Positions 50,325 through 59,856 of a stretch of DNA of 64,000 nucleotides are shown piece by piece. The stretch spans positions 32,940 to 96,939 of the forward strand of contig CAZMSQ010000007.1 of assembly GCA_964569025.1 (NCBI GenBank). Direction: 5' to 3'. The stretch comes from an uncultured Saprospiraceae bacterium (GTDB taxonomy: Bacteria > Bacteroidota > Bacteroidia > Chitinophagales > Saprospiraceae). The stretch's first letter is position 1; every line of letters starts with the position of its first letter. Below the pieces are notes generated by a model, which was not told the origin of the DNA, ran no database searches, and was given only the letters and a program-made list of their open reading frames with translations. Both the position numbers and the translations under genes were made by a program.

Positions 50325-51701
50325 ATGATGAACTACCAGTCGATTTTCCGTTCTTTTTGGATGCTTTTTGCCATTCTCATACCTTCCATTCTTCCGGCAC
50401 AGTACGATGATATCTACTATAACCCCGACGACGATGCTGATTACTTCAGCTGGCATAACGGGGGGACCCGTCATGACCCAGACCAGTATTATGAAGAATC
50501 ATGGCGTGACAATTCCGGACAGATTTCGGATAGAGGGATTGATGATGCTGGAGATTTCCGAACATTTAACGACCGGGATTATACTTACTTTGACGATTAC
50601 GCCTACCACTACTCATCGCGGATTCGGCGTTTTCACAGACCGGTATACGGGGCTGGTTTCTTCGATCCTTTCTATACCAACATGGGGTTTTATGATCCTT
50701 TTCTCATGAACCCATTCGGACCAAACCTGAGCATTTATGTCGGGTTTAATCAATTTGGAGGAGGCATGTTTTCTCCATGGAATCGCATGAACAGATGGAA
50801 CCGCTGGAATTCATGGAACCAGTGGGATCCGTTTTTTGGCGGAGGGTGGAATGCGATGAATCCGTGGGGATGGAATACTATGGGTGGTGGTTTTGGAAAT
50901 ACCTTTTTCGTAAATAATTATTTTGGCAACCCCTGGTTTGGCAACCCGTATTTCTCCAATGCCATGTGTCCGCCAACGCATTGGGTCAATACAGGCGGGT
51001 TTAGCGGGGATGTCGATACGCGTGAGGTGTATTATGGCCCGAGGAGTTCCAGAACGGGAGTGGCACCGCATTCAGGGGTCGTCTCACGAAGTGGAGATGG
51101 GAATACCCGGGATGACCTCAGGGAAGCTCGTCTGAGAGAAGGGCGCAGCGCCTCACAGTCGGAGTCAGGGGGAGATGAGCCGGGCAGGACACTGAATTGG
51201 GGTGATGAAAGGCCTGAGTCACGTCGTGCTGACCGGATTGCCGATGAAACCGGTCGTTCATCCGGGTCTATCCGCATGAGCGAGGTGCCTCGTACTGGAA
51301 ATAATGTCCGTCAACAGCCGGCGACCCGGCAGAACCCCGGAACAACGACCCGTCCTGATTCTCGCTATACACGCCCGTCAACAAGGCAGTCTTCTGCTAC
51401 TGAGCCCCGCGCTACAGAAAGACCAACACGTAGCAGGTCTGTTGAGCGTCCGGCGCGCCGGTCTCAGCCTTCATGGGAAAGTCCCACTCGATCTGGGAGT
51501 CGCTCTTCGGGCTCTTCGGGCAGCTATCAACGGTCCCAATCACCGAGTCGGTCATCAGGAGCAACTCCCAGCCGCTCGTCCGGGTCATCACGGTCTTCCG
51601 GTGCTTCTTCGACCGGTAAGTCCTCAGGTGGGTCGTCTTCAGTTCCTTCATCAGGAGGAAGCCGGAGTTCTTCGCCGAGGAGAGGTGGAGGTGGTGAATA
51701 A
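50325..51701 (+). CDS. Secreted low-complexity protein with a Trp/Asn/Gly/Phe-rich central region and an Arg/Ser-rich C-terminal tail
   Basis: Signal peptide MMNYQSIFRSFWMLFAILIPSILPAQ. Repeats such as NRMNRWNRWNSWNQW, GWNAMNPWGWNTMGGGFGNTFFVNNYFGNPWFGNPYF, then …RSRSVERPARRSQ…SGSRSSGSSGSY…. Start is uncertain: TTG at 50277, ATG at 50289 or 50325. Confidence 0.5.
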   Translation: MMNYQSIFRSFWMLFAILIPSILPAQYDDIYYNPDDDADYFSWHNGGTRHDPDQYYEESWRDNSGQISDRGIDDAGDFRTFNDRDYTYFDDYAYHYSSRIRRFHRPVYGAGFFDPFYTNMGFYDPFLMNPFGPNLSIYVGFNQFGGGMFSPWNRMNRWNRWNSWNQWDPFFGGGWNAMNPWGWNTMGGGFGNTFFVNNYFGNPWFGNPYFSNAMCPPTHWVNTGGFSGDVDTREVYYGPRSSRTGVAPHSGVVSRSGDGNTRDDLREARLREGRSASQSESGGDEPGRTLNWGDERPESRRADRIADETGRSSGSIRMSEVPRTGNNVRQQPATRQNPGTTTRPDSRYTRPSTRQSSATEPRATERPTRSRSVERPARRSQPSWESPTRSGSRSSGSSGSYQRSQSPSRSSGATPSRSSGSSRSSGASSTGKSSGGSSSVPSSGGSRSSSPRRGGGGE

Positions 51702-51769
51702 ACCGGTGGTGTTTTTCTCCTCGCTTTTCGATTCACGCACCCGCATCCCACTGATAAAATATAATCGCC

Positions 51770-53251
51770 ATGAAGATTCGCTTTTTCATAGCTCTGATGC
51801 TCCTATGTGTAGCTGCAAGCTTGCAGGCACAATCTGTTCGTGATGCTCTGAGATACAGCAAAACTTCACCCGGATTCACAGCGCGCTCATTGGGAGTGGG
51901 GGGGAGTCTTGGATCCTTGGGGGCTGATCTCTCTGTATTGACTACCAATCCGGCTGGTCTTGCATGGTACAGGAGTTCAGAAATTTCAATCACGCCCGGC
52001 GTTGCTGGCCTCTCTGCGAAGTCACGCTTGACAACAGGACTTGCAAACCCTGAGGAGTCAGAGTCTGTAACCAGTTTCATTCTTGGGAATGCAGGCCTGG
52101 TGATACACTCCCGACCGAAACAACCCAGCAAGTGGAGGACTTTTAATTTTGCTGCTTCTCTCAGCCGAACAGCCTCATTCAGGCGTGAACTCTACTACAC
52201 AGGTGAGTCGCCCGGGTCAATGACTGACCGGTTTGTGGAGCTGGCCAATGGCTATCTGCCTGAGGAATTAGAGCAAATCGATCCTTTTGAGGCCTATCCG
52301 GCCTGGCAGGTTTTTGCGATTGATAATCCAGACCCTGATGCACCACGCACCTATGTCAATGATTTTGCCGCTCAACCCTCAGTTATGCGGAGCCAAAGCC
52401 TGGTGGAGCGGGGATCAATCATGGAGTTGGCTTTGTCATTTGCCACCAATTATGACGAGAAGCTCATGCTCGGAGCAACCATTGGTTTCCCGCTGTTGAA
52501 TTATGAGTATCGGTCTGCCTACAACGAAACTGATATAGATTCTATTGATGTATTCGAGGCACTTGATTTCAATGAGCAACTTGATACGAGGGGCATCGGA
52601 GTCAATCTGCGACTGGGTTTTATTTACCGGGCCTCCCAGCTTGTCAGGGTCGGTCTTGCATTTCATACACCCTCGTGGATCAGCATGGATGATACATGGT
52701 CGACCACGATTGCCTTTTTGAATGATGTGAACTTTGAACGATTGGAGGCTGAGTCTCCCATCGGAGAGTTCAGCTATAATCTCGCTACACCTTGGAGAGT
52801 CATCGGGAGCGCCGGAATGGTGTTTGGAGCATCTGGATTTCTCACAGCAGAGGTTGAATACCTTGACTATGGCTCAGCTAATTTCAATTTTACCAAGAAT
52901 GACCCCTCCTTTCAAGGTGAAGAGTCATCTGTGAACCGCCAGATTGATGATCAGCTTGGATCTGCCATTGCAGTCCGGGTAGGCGGTGAAATGGCATGGG
53001 AAGTATTTCGGTTTCGCGCTGGTCTGGGTCTGCAGCAATCGCCTTTCCAGGATGATCGTTCCCTCAATGAGTCTATTCACTTTGGTTTGGGAATTCGCGA
53101 AAACGGATTTTTTCTGGATTTAGGCTACCGGTACTTCAACATGAAGGAGGGCTATGTTCCATACACCCTTGTCAGTCCCTCCCGCCAGCAGCAGGTCGAT
53201 CTGACCACAAACCGGTCAGATTTTTTGCTGACCCTCGGTTTCCGCTTTTGA
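51770..53251 (+). CDS. Outer-membrane beta-barrel protein (FadL/OmpP1-like or related porin family)
   Basis: Signal peptide. FadL-like N-terminal segment …ARSLGVGGSLGSLGADLSVLTTNPAGLAW…. Alternating amphipathic beta-strands. Ends in the C-terminal Phe typical of outer-membrane proteins (…LTLGFRF). Confidence 0.55.
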   Translation: MKIRFFIALMLLCVAASLQAQSVRDALRYSKTSPGFTARSLGVGGSLGSLGADLSVLTTNPAGLAWYRSSEISITPGVAGLSAKSRLTTGLANPEESESVTSFILGNAGLVIHSRPKQPSKWRTFNFAASLSRTASFRRELYYTGESPGSMTDRFVELANGYLPEELEQIDPFEAYPAWQVFAIDNPDPDAPRTYVNDFAAQPSVMRSQSLVERGSIMELALSFATNYDEKLMLGATIGFPLLNYEYRSAYNETDIDSIDVFEALDFNEQLDTRGIGVNLRLGFIYRASQLVRVGLAFHTPSWISMDDTWSTTIAFLNDVNFERLEAESPIGEFSYNLATPWRVIGSAGMVFGASGFLTAEVEYLDYGSANFNFTKNDPSFQGEESSVNRQIDDQLGSAIAVRVGGEMAWEVFRFRAGLGLQQSPFQDDRSLNESIHFGLGIRENGFFLDLGYRYFNMKEGYVPYTLVSPSRQQQVDLTTNRSDFLLTLGFRF

Positions 53252-53364
53252 TTCCTCCTGGCATAAACTCTTTCTCCCAACCATACTGATTTTTGGCAAC
53301 GAGCTTTGCGAATAGGGAATGCTTCATTATCTTGCAAATAATTCGCATAACAAATAATTGAGGG

Positions 53365-53808
53365 ATGGTACAGCGTGGAAAGGAAGACAGGCTTGAAATA
53401 TCCGGGTTCATACTTGAGCGTACGGCGAGGAAGATGAAGCAGGCATTTCAGCGCTTGTTGAAAGACATTTCTGCGGGAATTACGGCTGACCAGTGGGTTG
53501 TTTTGGATACCTTGCGGAAGGGCGATGGGCTCAGTCAGTTTGAGATTTCGGAGTTGGTATTCAAGGATCCGCCTACGCTTACGCGCATCATTGATTTGCT
53601 GTGTCAGAAAGGGCTTGTCAAGCGGAAAGCCCACGCTGAAGACCGCCGACGGATGCAGGTATTTCTCACTGAGTCGGGCAACCGGTTGATCCAGGACCTT
53701 TTACCGGTGGTTCGGGAATTCCGGAGCCGGGGATGGAACAATTTGAGTGAGGAGGAATTACATCACTTACAGCGCCTTCTTGATCGCGTATTTTCCAATT
53801 TCGAATAA
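53365..53808 (+). CDS. MarR family transcriptional regulator
   Basis: Winged-HTH …LSQFEISELVFKDPPTLTRIIDLLCQKGLVKRKAHAEDRR…. Confidence 0.8.
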   Translation: MVQRGKEDRLEISGFILERTARKMKQAFQRLLKDISAGITADQWVVLDTLRKGDGLSQFEISELVFKDPPTLTRIIDLLCQKGLVKRKAHAEDRRRMQVFLTESGNRLIQDLLPVVREFRSRGWNNLSEEELHHLQRLLDRVFSNFE

Positions 53809-53828
53809 AATATTTAATCCAAAGGATC

Positions 53829-54986
53829 ATGCATTATTACAGTTTGGGATCAGTGCCAGGCAAGCGGCACACGCAATTTCGAAAACCTGATGGTACGTTG
53901 TATCACGAGGAGCTCTTTTCAACAGAGGGTTTCAGTAATATGTATTCGACCTTGTATCATGCCAACGCCCCAACACAGATTGTTCAGGTGGGCGAGCCTC
54001 GCTCGATAGAGCCGAAGGTGGTGCACGACAAGCAGTTAAAGCACCGTTGCTTGCAGGGTTTTGAGGTGGAGCCGACCGACGATTATCTGGAGAGTCGGCA
54101 GCCAGTGTTGGTCAATGATGATTGTAAGATTATTCTGGCCGCCCCGCGGAAGAGTATGACCGATTATTTTTTCAAAAATGCGGATGCTGACGAGGTCATT
54201 TTTGTACATCGGGGCACTGGAGTGATGAAGAGCATGTATGGAAAGTTGCCTTTTGAGTACGGAGATTATCTTGTAGTGCCGCGTGGCACAGTCTATCAAC
54301 TCGAGTTTGATGGGTCTGACAATCGATTGCTCATTATCGAATCGACTGGTCCTGTGACAACACCCAAGCGTTATCGGAATGGTTTCGGGCAGCTGTTGGA
54401 GCATTCACCATTCTGTGAGCGCGATATTCGGAAACCATCTTCTCTGGAGACCTATGACGAGCAGGGAGAATTTCTATTCTACATCAAAAAACAGGATAAC
54501 CTCTATCCCTATCGATATCTGAGCCATCCATTTGACGTAATCGGGTGGGACGGATATGTTTATCCATATGCTTTCTCCATTCATAATTTTGAACCTATCA
54601 CAGGCCGTGTGCACCAGCCACCGCCTGTCCATCAGACTTTTGACGGGCATAATTTTGTGATCTGCTCGTTTGTGCCTCGCCTTTACGACTACCATCCGCT
54701 TGCCATCCCTGCGCCTTATAATCACTCCAATATCGACAGCGATGAGGTATTGTATTATGTGGATGGTGATTTCATGAGCCGGAAGCACGTTGATAAGGGT
54801 ATGATTACCCTTCATCCGGGGGGAATTCCTCATGGGCCACACCCGGGAACAGTTGAAAAAAGCATTGGGAAGAAAGGCACTGAGGAGTTGGCGGTGATGA
54901 TTGATACATTCCGGCCTCTGAAGCTCACAGAACAGGCAGCCGGAATTGAGATTCCGGATTATTACCGGAGTTGGTTGACTGAATGA
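53829..54986 (+). CDS. hmgA: Homogentisate 1,2-dioxygenase
   Basis: Full-length collinearity with the HGD family (cupin core …YVDGDFMSRKHVDKGMITLHPGGIPHGPHPG…). Confidence 0.9.
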   Translation: MHYYSLGSVPGKRHTQFRKPDGTLYHEELFSTEGFSNMYSTLYHANAPTQIVQVGEPRSIEPKVVHDKQLKHRCLQGFEVEPTDDYLESRQPVLVNDDCKIILAAPRKSMTDYFFKNADADEVIFVHRGTGVMKSMYGKLPFEYGDYLVVPRGTVYQLEFDGSDNRLLIIESTGPVTTPKRYRNGFGQLLEHSPFCERDIRKPSSLETYDEQGEFLFYIKKQDNLYPYRYLSHPFDVIGWDGYVYPYAFSIHNFEPITGRVHQPPPVHQTFDGHNFVICSFVPRLYDYHPLAIPAPYNHSNIDSDEVLYYVDGDFMSRKHVDKGMITLHPGGIPHGPHPGTVEKSIGKKGTEELAVMIDTFRPLKLTEQAAGIEIPDYYRSWLTE

Positions 54987-55007
54987 TTTTCTTACTCGAC
55001 TCAAAAA

Positions 55008-56147
55008 ATGATTGTAATGAATACTATGATCCAAACAACAGCTGACCCCCGTTCTGTGACGGATGCTTTTCCCATCAAAGGGACTGATCATATCGAGTTT
55101 TATGTCGGTAATGCCAAACAGGCCAGTTTGTATTATCAGGCTGCCTTTGGCTTTCGGCAGGTGGCCTATCGCGGTCCGGAGACCGGGGTTCGCGATCGGT
55201 GTACTTATGTACTGGAGCAGGGGAAGATTCGATTTCTGCTGACCTCGGCCTTTGATCCGGACCACGAGGTTTCCAGACATGTGGCCTTGCATGGGGATGG
55301 AGTGAAGGTGCTGGCTCTTTGGGTGGATGATGCCAAACAAGCCTATGAGTTGGCCTTAGAACGCGGTGCTCAGTCGGCTGCAGTCCCGGAAGTCCATTCA
55401 GACGACAACGGACAGGTCGTGACGGCATCCATCCATACTTATGGAGAGACCATTCATACTTTCGTAGAACGCTCAGATTATTCCGGTGCTTTTATGCCTG
55501 GTTTTATGGCTCGCACGAGTGAGCGGGTTGTTGACCCAGTTGGACTTGAGTATGTGGATCACTGTGTCGGGAATGTCGAATTGGGAGGCATGAATAAGTG
55601 GGTCAAATTTTACCAGGAAGTCCTTGGATTTCAGCTCCTCATCACTTTTGATGACAAGGATATTTCGACCAAGTATACTGCTCTGATGAGCAAGGTTGTA
55701 TCCAATGGGAATGGCTATATCAAGTTTCCGATTAACGAGCCGGCACAAGGATTGAAGAAGTCCCAGATTGAGGAATATCTCGATTTTTACAAGGGTGCCG
55801 GCGTGCAGCACATTGCCGTTGCTACGGATGATATACTCACCACGGTTGATAAGCTCCGGAAAAACGGAGTTGATTTTCTGTATGTGCCGGAGACTTACTA
55901 CGAAACCGTCACAGATCGGGTGGGTGACATTGAGGAAAATCTCGAGGAGTTGAAACGCCTGAATATTCTCATAGACAGGGATGAGGAGGGGTATCTTCTT
56001 CAAATCTTCACGAAGCCTGTTCAGGACCGGCCCACAGTGTTCTATGAAATCATTCAGCGTAAAGGTGCCAAATCATTTGGGAAGGGGAATTTTCAGGCGC
56101 TTTTTGAAGCAATCGAGCGGGAGCAGGAGCTTCGCGGCACACTTTGA
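55008..56147 (+). CDS. hppD: 4-hydroxyphenylpyruvate dioxygenase
   Basis: Two VOC/glyoxalase-like modules. Motifs …DHIEFYVGNAKQ… and …GVQHIAVATDDI… with the C-terminal …FQALFEAIEREQ…. Confidence 0.9.
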   Translation: MIVMNTMIQTTADPRSVTDAFPIKGTDHIEFYVGNAKQASLYYQAAFGFRQVAYRGPETGVRDRCTYVLEQGKIRFLLTSAFDPDHEVSRHVALHGDGVKVLALWVDDAKQAYELALERGAQSAAVPEVHSDDNGQVVTASIHTYGETIHTFVERSDYSGAFMPGFMARTSERVVDPVGLEYVDHCVGNVELGGMNKWVKFYQEVLGFQLLITFDDKDISTKYTALMSKVVSNGNGYIKFPINEPAQGLKKSQIEEYLDFYKGAGVQHIAVATDDILTTVDKLRKNGVDFLYVPETYYETVTDRVGDIEENLEELKRLNILIDRDEEGYLLQIFTKPVQDRPTVFYEIIQRKGAKSFGKGNFQALFEAIEREQELRGTL

Positions 56148-56154
56148 GAGCCAG

Positions 56155-57336
56155 TCAGCGCTCATGGTGGGAAGGTGGTGAGTCATACCCATAGAGCAGG
56201 TCCTTCAGTTTGGAACCTCTCAGTGCAGAGATGTTGTACGCCTCGTTAAATTTTGAAATGGATTGGAGAATGTCCTGTTTGAGTTGTGTGAATTCAGCCG
56301 GGAGCTCATTCTGACAGTCGTGTTGGTTGGGATAGGTTTCTGCAATCACGAGGAATTTCTGGTAGTACTTTTCTCCTTGGTTGATAAACGAGTTATAGCG
56401 GTCAATGAAGTTAATGAGCCGGTCGACTGAGAATTCCAGGTCAGTGACCTGCCGGTACAGGCCGGACCGCTCTTCCGACAGGCTTGACTCCATTGCCCGG
56501 CCCAGTGTCTGGAACAATTGTTCTATAGCATCATAGACCTCCTCCCAGTCATCATTCCTGCGGCACTCTTCAAGGGGAGTATTGTAGCCGATGACTTTCA
56601 TGTATTCCGTAAACAAGGAGGCGCAAGTATTTCGCAGGTCAGTATTACTCTGCTTCAGGAATTCTGTTTCATAGTAGATGGTAGACAATTCAGAGTGCAT
56701 TCTGGCGGTAAAGTCCAGGATGCAGGAAATTTCGTCAAGTTGTTCTTCCCTTTTCTGCGGATGGTCAGAGCCCAGGACAGACGTAATTAAGGAGAATGTT
56801 GTTGAGAGGTAGGGATTGCTTTGCAGAATGGCTGGCAGGGAAATGGCATGATCTTTCTTTTGGGCTTTTGAAAGATGCTGCTCAGCTTCTCTGAATGCGG
56901 CATAGTGGTGCGGATTGGAGACAGCAGCAATCTGTTGTTGCACTTGGATTGAGGAGAAGTGATGGTCAAGGGCCAGGATTTTTTCATAGAGTAATCGGAT
57001 GATCTCCAGTCCTTTTGTGTACCGAAGCCTGGTGAGTTCGAGTTGGAATTTCTGATCGATGAGTCGGAGTTCGCGCAAGAGTTTCTCGCGTTTGTATTGG
57101 ATGCGAAGGTGCGCCCGCAGATTGGGGATATTCGCTTTCACGCTCTTTCTGAGAAGGTCATCTGCGCGGTTTACATCTTCCAGAATTTCTGAAGATGCTC
57201 TCGCAAACTTCTCAGCAACAGAGATTTCAGCAATTTCCAAATCAATGAGAAAGGTGGTAAGTGTGTCGGTGGCTTTGACAGGCATTGCGAGGGTGATCAG
57301 AGCGGCCACCGCACAAAGGAAGGAGGTCGGGTTCAT
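56155..57336 (-). CDS. Hypothetical secreted helical protein
   Basis: Signal peptide MNPTSFLCAVAALITLAMPVKA. The remainder is predicted coiled-coil or helical. No known domain. Confidence 0.5.
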   Translation of the reverse strand: MNPTSFLCAVAALITLAMPVKATDTLTTFLIDLEIAEISVAEKFARASSEILEDVNRADDLLRKSVKANIPNLRAHLRIQYKREKLLRELRLIDQKFQLELTRLRYTKGLEIIRLLYEKILALDHHFSSIQVQQQIAAVSNPHHYAAFREAEQHLSKAQKKDHAISLPAILQSNPYLSTTFSLITSVLGSDHPQKREEQLDEISCILDFTARMHSELSTIYYETEFLKQSNTDLRNTCASLFTEYMKVIGYNTPLEECRRNDDWEEVYDAIEQLFQTLGRAMESSLSEERSGLYRQVTDLEFSVDRLINFIDRYNSFINQGEKYYQKFLVIAETYPNQHDCQNELPAEFTQLKQDILQSISKFNEAYNISALRGSKLKDLLYGYDSPPSHHER

Positions 57337-57341
57337 GGGAG

Positions 57342-57375
57342 CACATTAAAAAGCGGGGGGGAGGAAATACTCCCC
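57342..57375 (-). terminator. Rho-independent terminator on the minus strand (GAGCGGGGGGAG-loop-CTCCCCCCGCT followed by TTTTTAAT)
   Basis: Perfect 10-11 bp G/C stem followed by a T5 run when read on the minus strand. Lies between the two minus-strand genes. Confidence 0.6.
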
Positions 57376-57412
57376 CCGCTCAAAGTTTCAATGGTTGTTT
57401 CAGGGTCTTCTT

Positions 57413-57868
57413 TTAGAAGAAGATATACAGGGTGTCAGAAGTACGGGTGGTTCGGTATCGGCCCGGGCTCAGACTCGCAGATTTTGAGCCTCGCAGGGCA
57501 CTGGCAATTTGTTGTGGAAGCGGAATCGTCTCCTCGATCTGGAGATAGCCGTCTTTTGAGGGCAGTGTCCACAGGTCGGAATTACAGTGATCAGCCGGTA
57601 TTTTGAGCAAAAGGTGCCCGCGTTGGTCAAGACAGAGAATTCCCGCGGCTTCTGCCCCGTTCGGGCCGGCTGTTGCCGGGGTCAGTTTGCACAGTCCACG
57701 GCCAGTGCACCATGGAGGCCTGCCGATATGGATGTCAACAGGCACTGTTGCAGAGCGGAGGGCGGTTGTGCTTGGTGTAAGCGCTGTCATGCCGGCCCCT
57801 GCAGCAATGGCCATCAGGATGAGTGAGATGGATTTCCCAGCTCTGCGGCGTTTCCTCTGGCCACTCAT
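57413..57868 (-). CDS. Hypothetical small secreted protein
   Basis: ORF with a basic N-terminus plus hydrophobic segment (signal-like). A terminator follows directly downstream on the same strand. Confidence 0.4.
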   Translation of the reverse strand: MSGQRKRRRAGKSISLILMAIAAGAGMTALTPSTTALRSATVPVDIHIGRPPWCTGRGLCKLTPATAGPNGAEAAGILCLDQRGHLLLKIPADHCNSDLWTLPSKDGYLQIEETIPLPQQIASALRGSKSASLSPGRYRTTRTSDTLYIFF

Positions 57869-58275
57869 AGGCAGCCATCGTGGTCAATGATAATTCGGTT
57901 CCGATCTGGCGAATAAGAAGGTGGAAGTGTGTTGAATTGCTTCATGGTAGGGGGATTTAGTGAGTGAAGAAAAGCAAGCAACGCGTCTTTGAGTGCACTG
58001 TAACAAAGATAGGGTAGCAGTGCGGGCCGCACACGGACAAGCAGACTGCAAACGTTACCGAGAAATTTATGCGCCTTTTCGGACTCGATTCCACAAAACT
58101 TACCGATTTTGACCAGAATCGATATGATTTGGCGATTGCCGTCTTGATAGAAATAAAATTATGCAGAATATTAATTTAAGGCATAAATAGTATAAAAATG
58201 GGGTAAATGACAACAATTTAGGAAGGCAATTGTCATTTTAATGTTGTTTTCATAATTTCACCAAAGCCAAATGCC

Positions 58276-59856
58276 ATGGATTTGATTCGTGACCTTCTCT
58301 CGATCATTACCAGAAACAAATTAAAGCACCTGCACATTTTGGGGCAGTCGGCGGGTGGTGAAAGCAGCAATCTTCTGGATGATTTGTACACTTTGCTTTC
58401 CAATGGCGGTGACCATGGCGATGAAGAGGCTGCACGCAAATTGTATGGAGCGTCGCCATCGGACAGGCGCTATCGAAAGTTAAAGAGTGTCTTGAAGTAC
58501 CGACTGATTGACTTGCTGTTTCTTGTTGACGGGAATCAGGCAAAGTATCAGGAACACCGGGTGGCGTTTCAGCAGGCTGTCAAATATCTTGCTGCATCGA
58601 GAATTATGGTGGCAAGAGGAGCGGCAAAAAGTCCGGCTGAATTATTGAATAAAGCCCTGGATATTTCTCTCCGCAATGAATTTACTGACATTACGGTACA
58701 GTGCCTCAAGCATTTGAGGAATCACTTTGGGCTCATTCAGCCTGACTGGAAAAAGTACAGGGAATACGACGAACGACTCAAGGCCATGCTGTCGGTTCAG
58801 GAAGCTGAAACGTGTGCTGAAGAATATTTCATCCTGCTTGCCAGAAAGCATCTTGGGCGAAGTGCATCTCAGCCAGTTCTGGATGCACCTATTGAAGAAA
58901 TTCTTTCATTGCTGGAGAACCAGATGGCACAGTATGATTCTTTCAGGCTGCATTTTCATGGGAGAATGGTGCAGATGGTCTCCTTTATGAACAAGCATGA
59001 CTACCAGTCAGCTGCATCTGTCTGCCGGGATGCCATCGCATTTTTTGAAGCAAAACCATTTACCTACCGAATCGGGTTATCTTCATTTGCCAATAACCTG
59101 ATCATCTGCTGCACTCAGCTAAAGCGATATGATGAGGGGTGGAAGGTGCTCGCCCGATTCAGTACGTTGTATAAAAAGGGGCATTATAACTGGTTTAATC
59201 AGAAGTTGCTGCATGTGACATTATGCTTGCACACAGCCCGATATGATGAGGGCTGGATGGTATACCGAGAAGTCATAAAACAGGGGAGTGCCAGTGCGTT
59301 GCCTCCAGAAGAAGGGGAAAAGTGGACCATCATTGGGGCATATTTGCATTATCTTGATGCTGTCGGAAAAGTCAACGTACCGGAGAATGAAAAGCGAAGT
59401 CGGAAATTTCGGATTTCCAAATTTTTGAACGAAGTACCGGTCTATTCGGCGGATAAGCGCGGCTATAATGTGGCAATTCTCATCATTCAGATATTGCTGT
59501 TAATTGCCCAGCGCTCTTACCAGACCGCGCTGGATCGGGTAGAGGCACTCGGAAAGTATCGAGTCAGGTATTTGAGAAAAGATGCCCAGTTTCGGAGCAA
59601 CTGCTTCATCCAGTTGGTGTTGCTCATCCCCATTTCAGGGTTCCATCGGAAATCCGTTGAGCGGCGAGCCGACAAATATCTCAAGAAACTAGAATCAATG
59701 CCGCTGGAGCTTGCGAGACAACCGTATGAGGCTGAGTTGATTCCCTTTGAGAAGCTTTGGCAAATTGCACTTGATTCGCTTGGCACGCAGTTTGTTCGCA
59801 ACCGTATTTACCAAAAATACAGGACGGGAGTCAATCCGTATGAAAGGCAGGATTGA
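58276..59856 (+). CDS. Hypothetical all-alpha (TPR-like) protein; paralogue of 17108..18541
   Basis: Long ORF. N-terminal block resembles the other family member. No recognised catalytic motif. Confidence 0.55.
   Translation: MDLIRDLLSIITRNKLKHLHILGQSAGGESSNLLDDLYTLLSNGGDHGDEEAARKLYGASPSDRRYRKLKSVLKYRLIDLLFLVDGNQAKYQEHRVAFQQAVKYLAASRIMVARGAAKSPAELLNKALDISLRNEFTDITVQCLKHLRNHFGLIQPDWKKYREYDERLKAMLSVQEAETCAEEYFILLARKHLGRSASQPVLDAPIEEILSLLENQMAQYDSFRLHFHGRMVQMVSFMNKHDYQSAASVCRDAIAFFEAKPFTYRIGLSSFANNLIICCTQLKRYDEGWKVLARFSTLYKKGHYNWFNQKLLHVTLCLHTARYDEGWMVYREVIKQGSASALPPEEGEKWTIIGAYLHYLDAVGKVNVPENEKRSRKFRISKFLNEVPVYSADKRGYNVAILIIQILLLIAQRSYQTALDRVEALGKYRVRYLRKDAQFRSNCFIQLVLLIPISGFHRKSVERRADKYLKKLESMPLELARQPYEAELIPFEKLWQIALDSLGTQFVRNRIYQKYRTGVNPYERQD

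Noticed and set aside
51304-51843. 179-aa plus-strand ORF in an alternative frame across the RS-rich tail of the low-complexity protein. Also minus-strand ORFs 51527..51751 and 51733..52131.
   Set aside because: Repetitive GC-rich codons keep several frames open. The frame carrying the signal peptide and continuous ORF from 50277 is the only one with protein-like features.
54474-55340. 288-aa minus-strand ORF spanning the hmgA/hppD junction. Also 55473..56003 (176 aa).
   Set aside because: Antisense to two well-supported dioxygenase genes. No motifs. It would need to span an intergenic region on the other strand.
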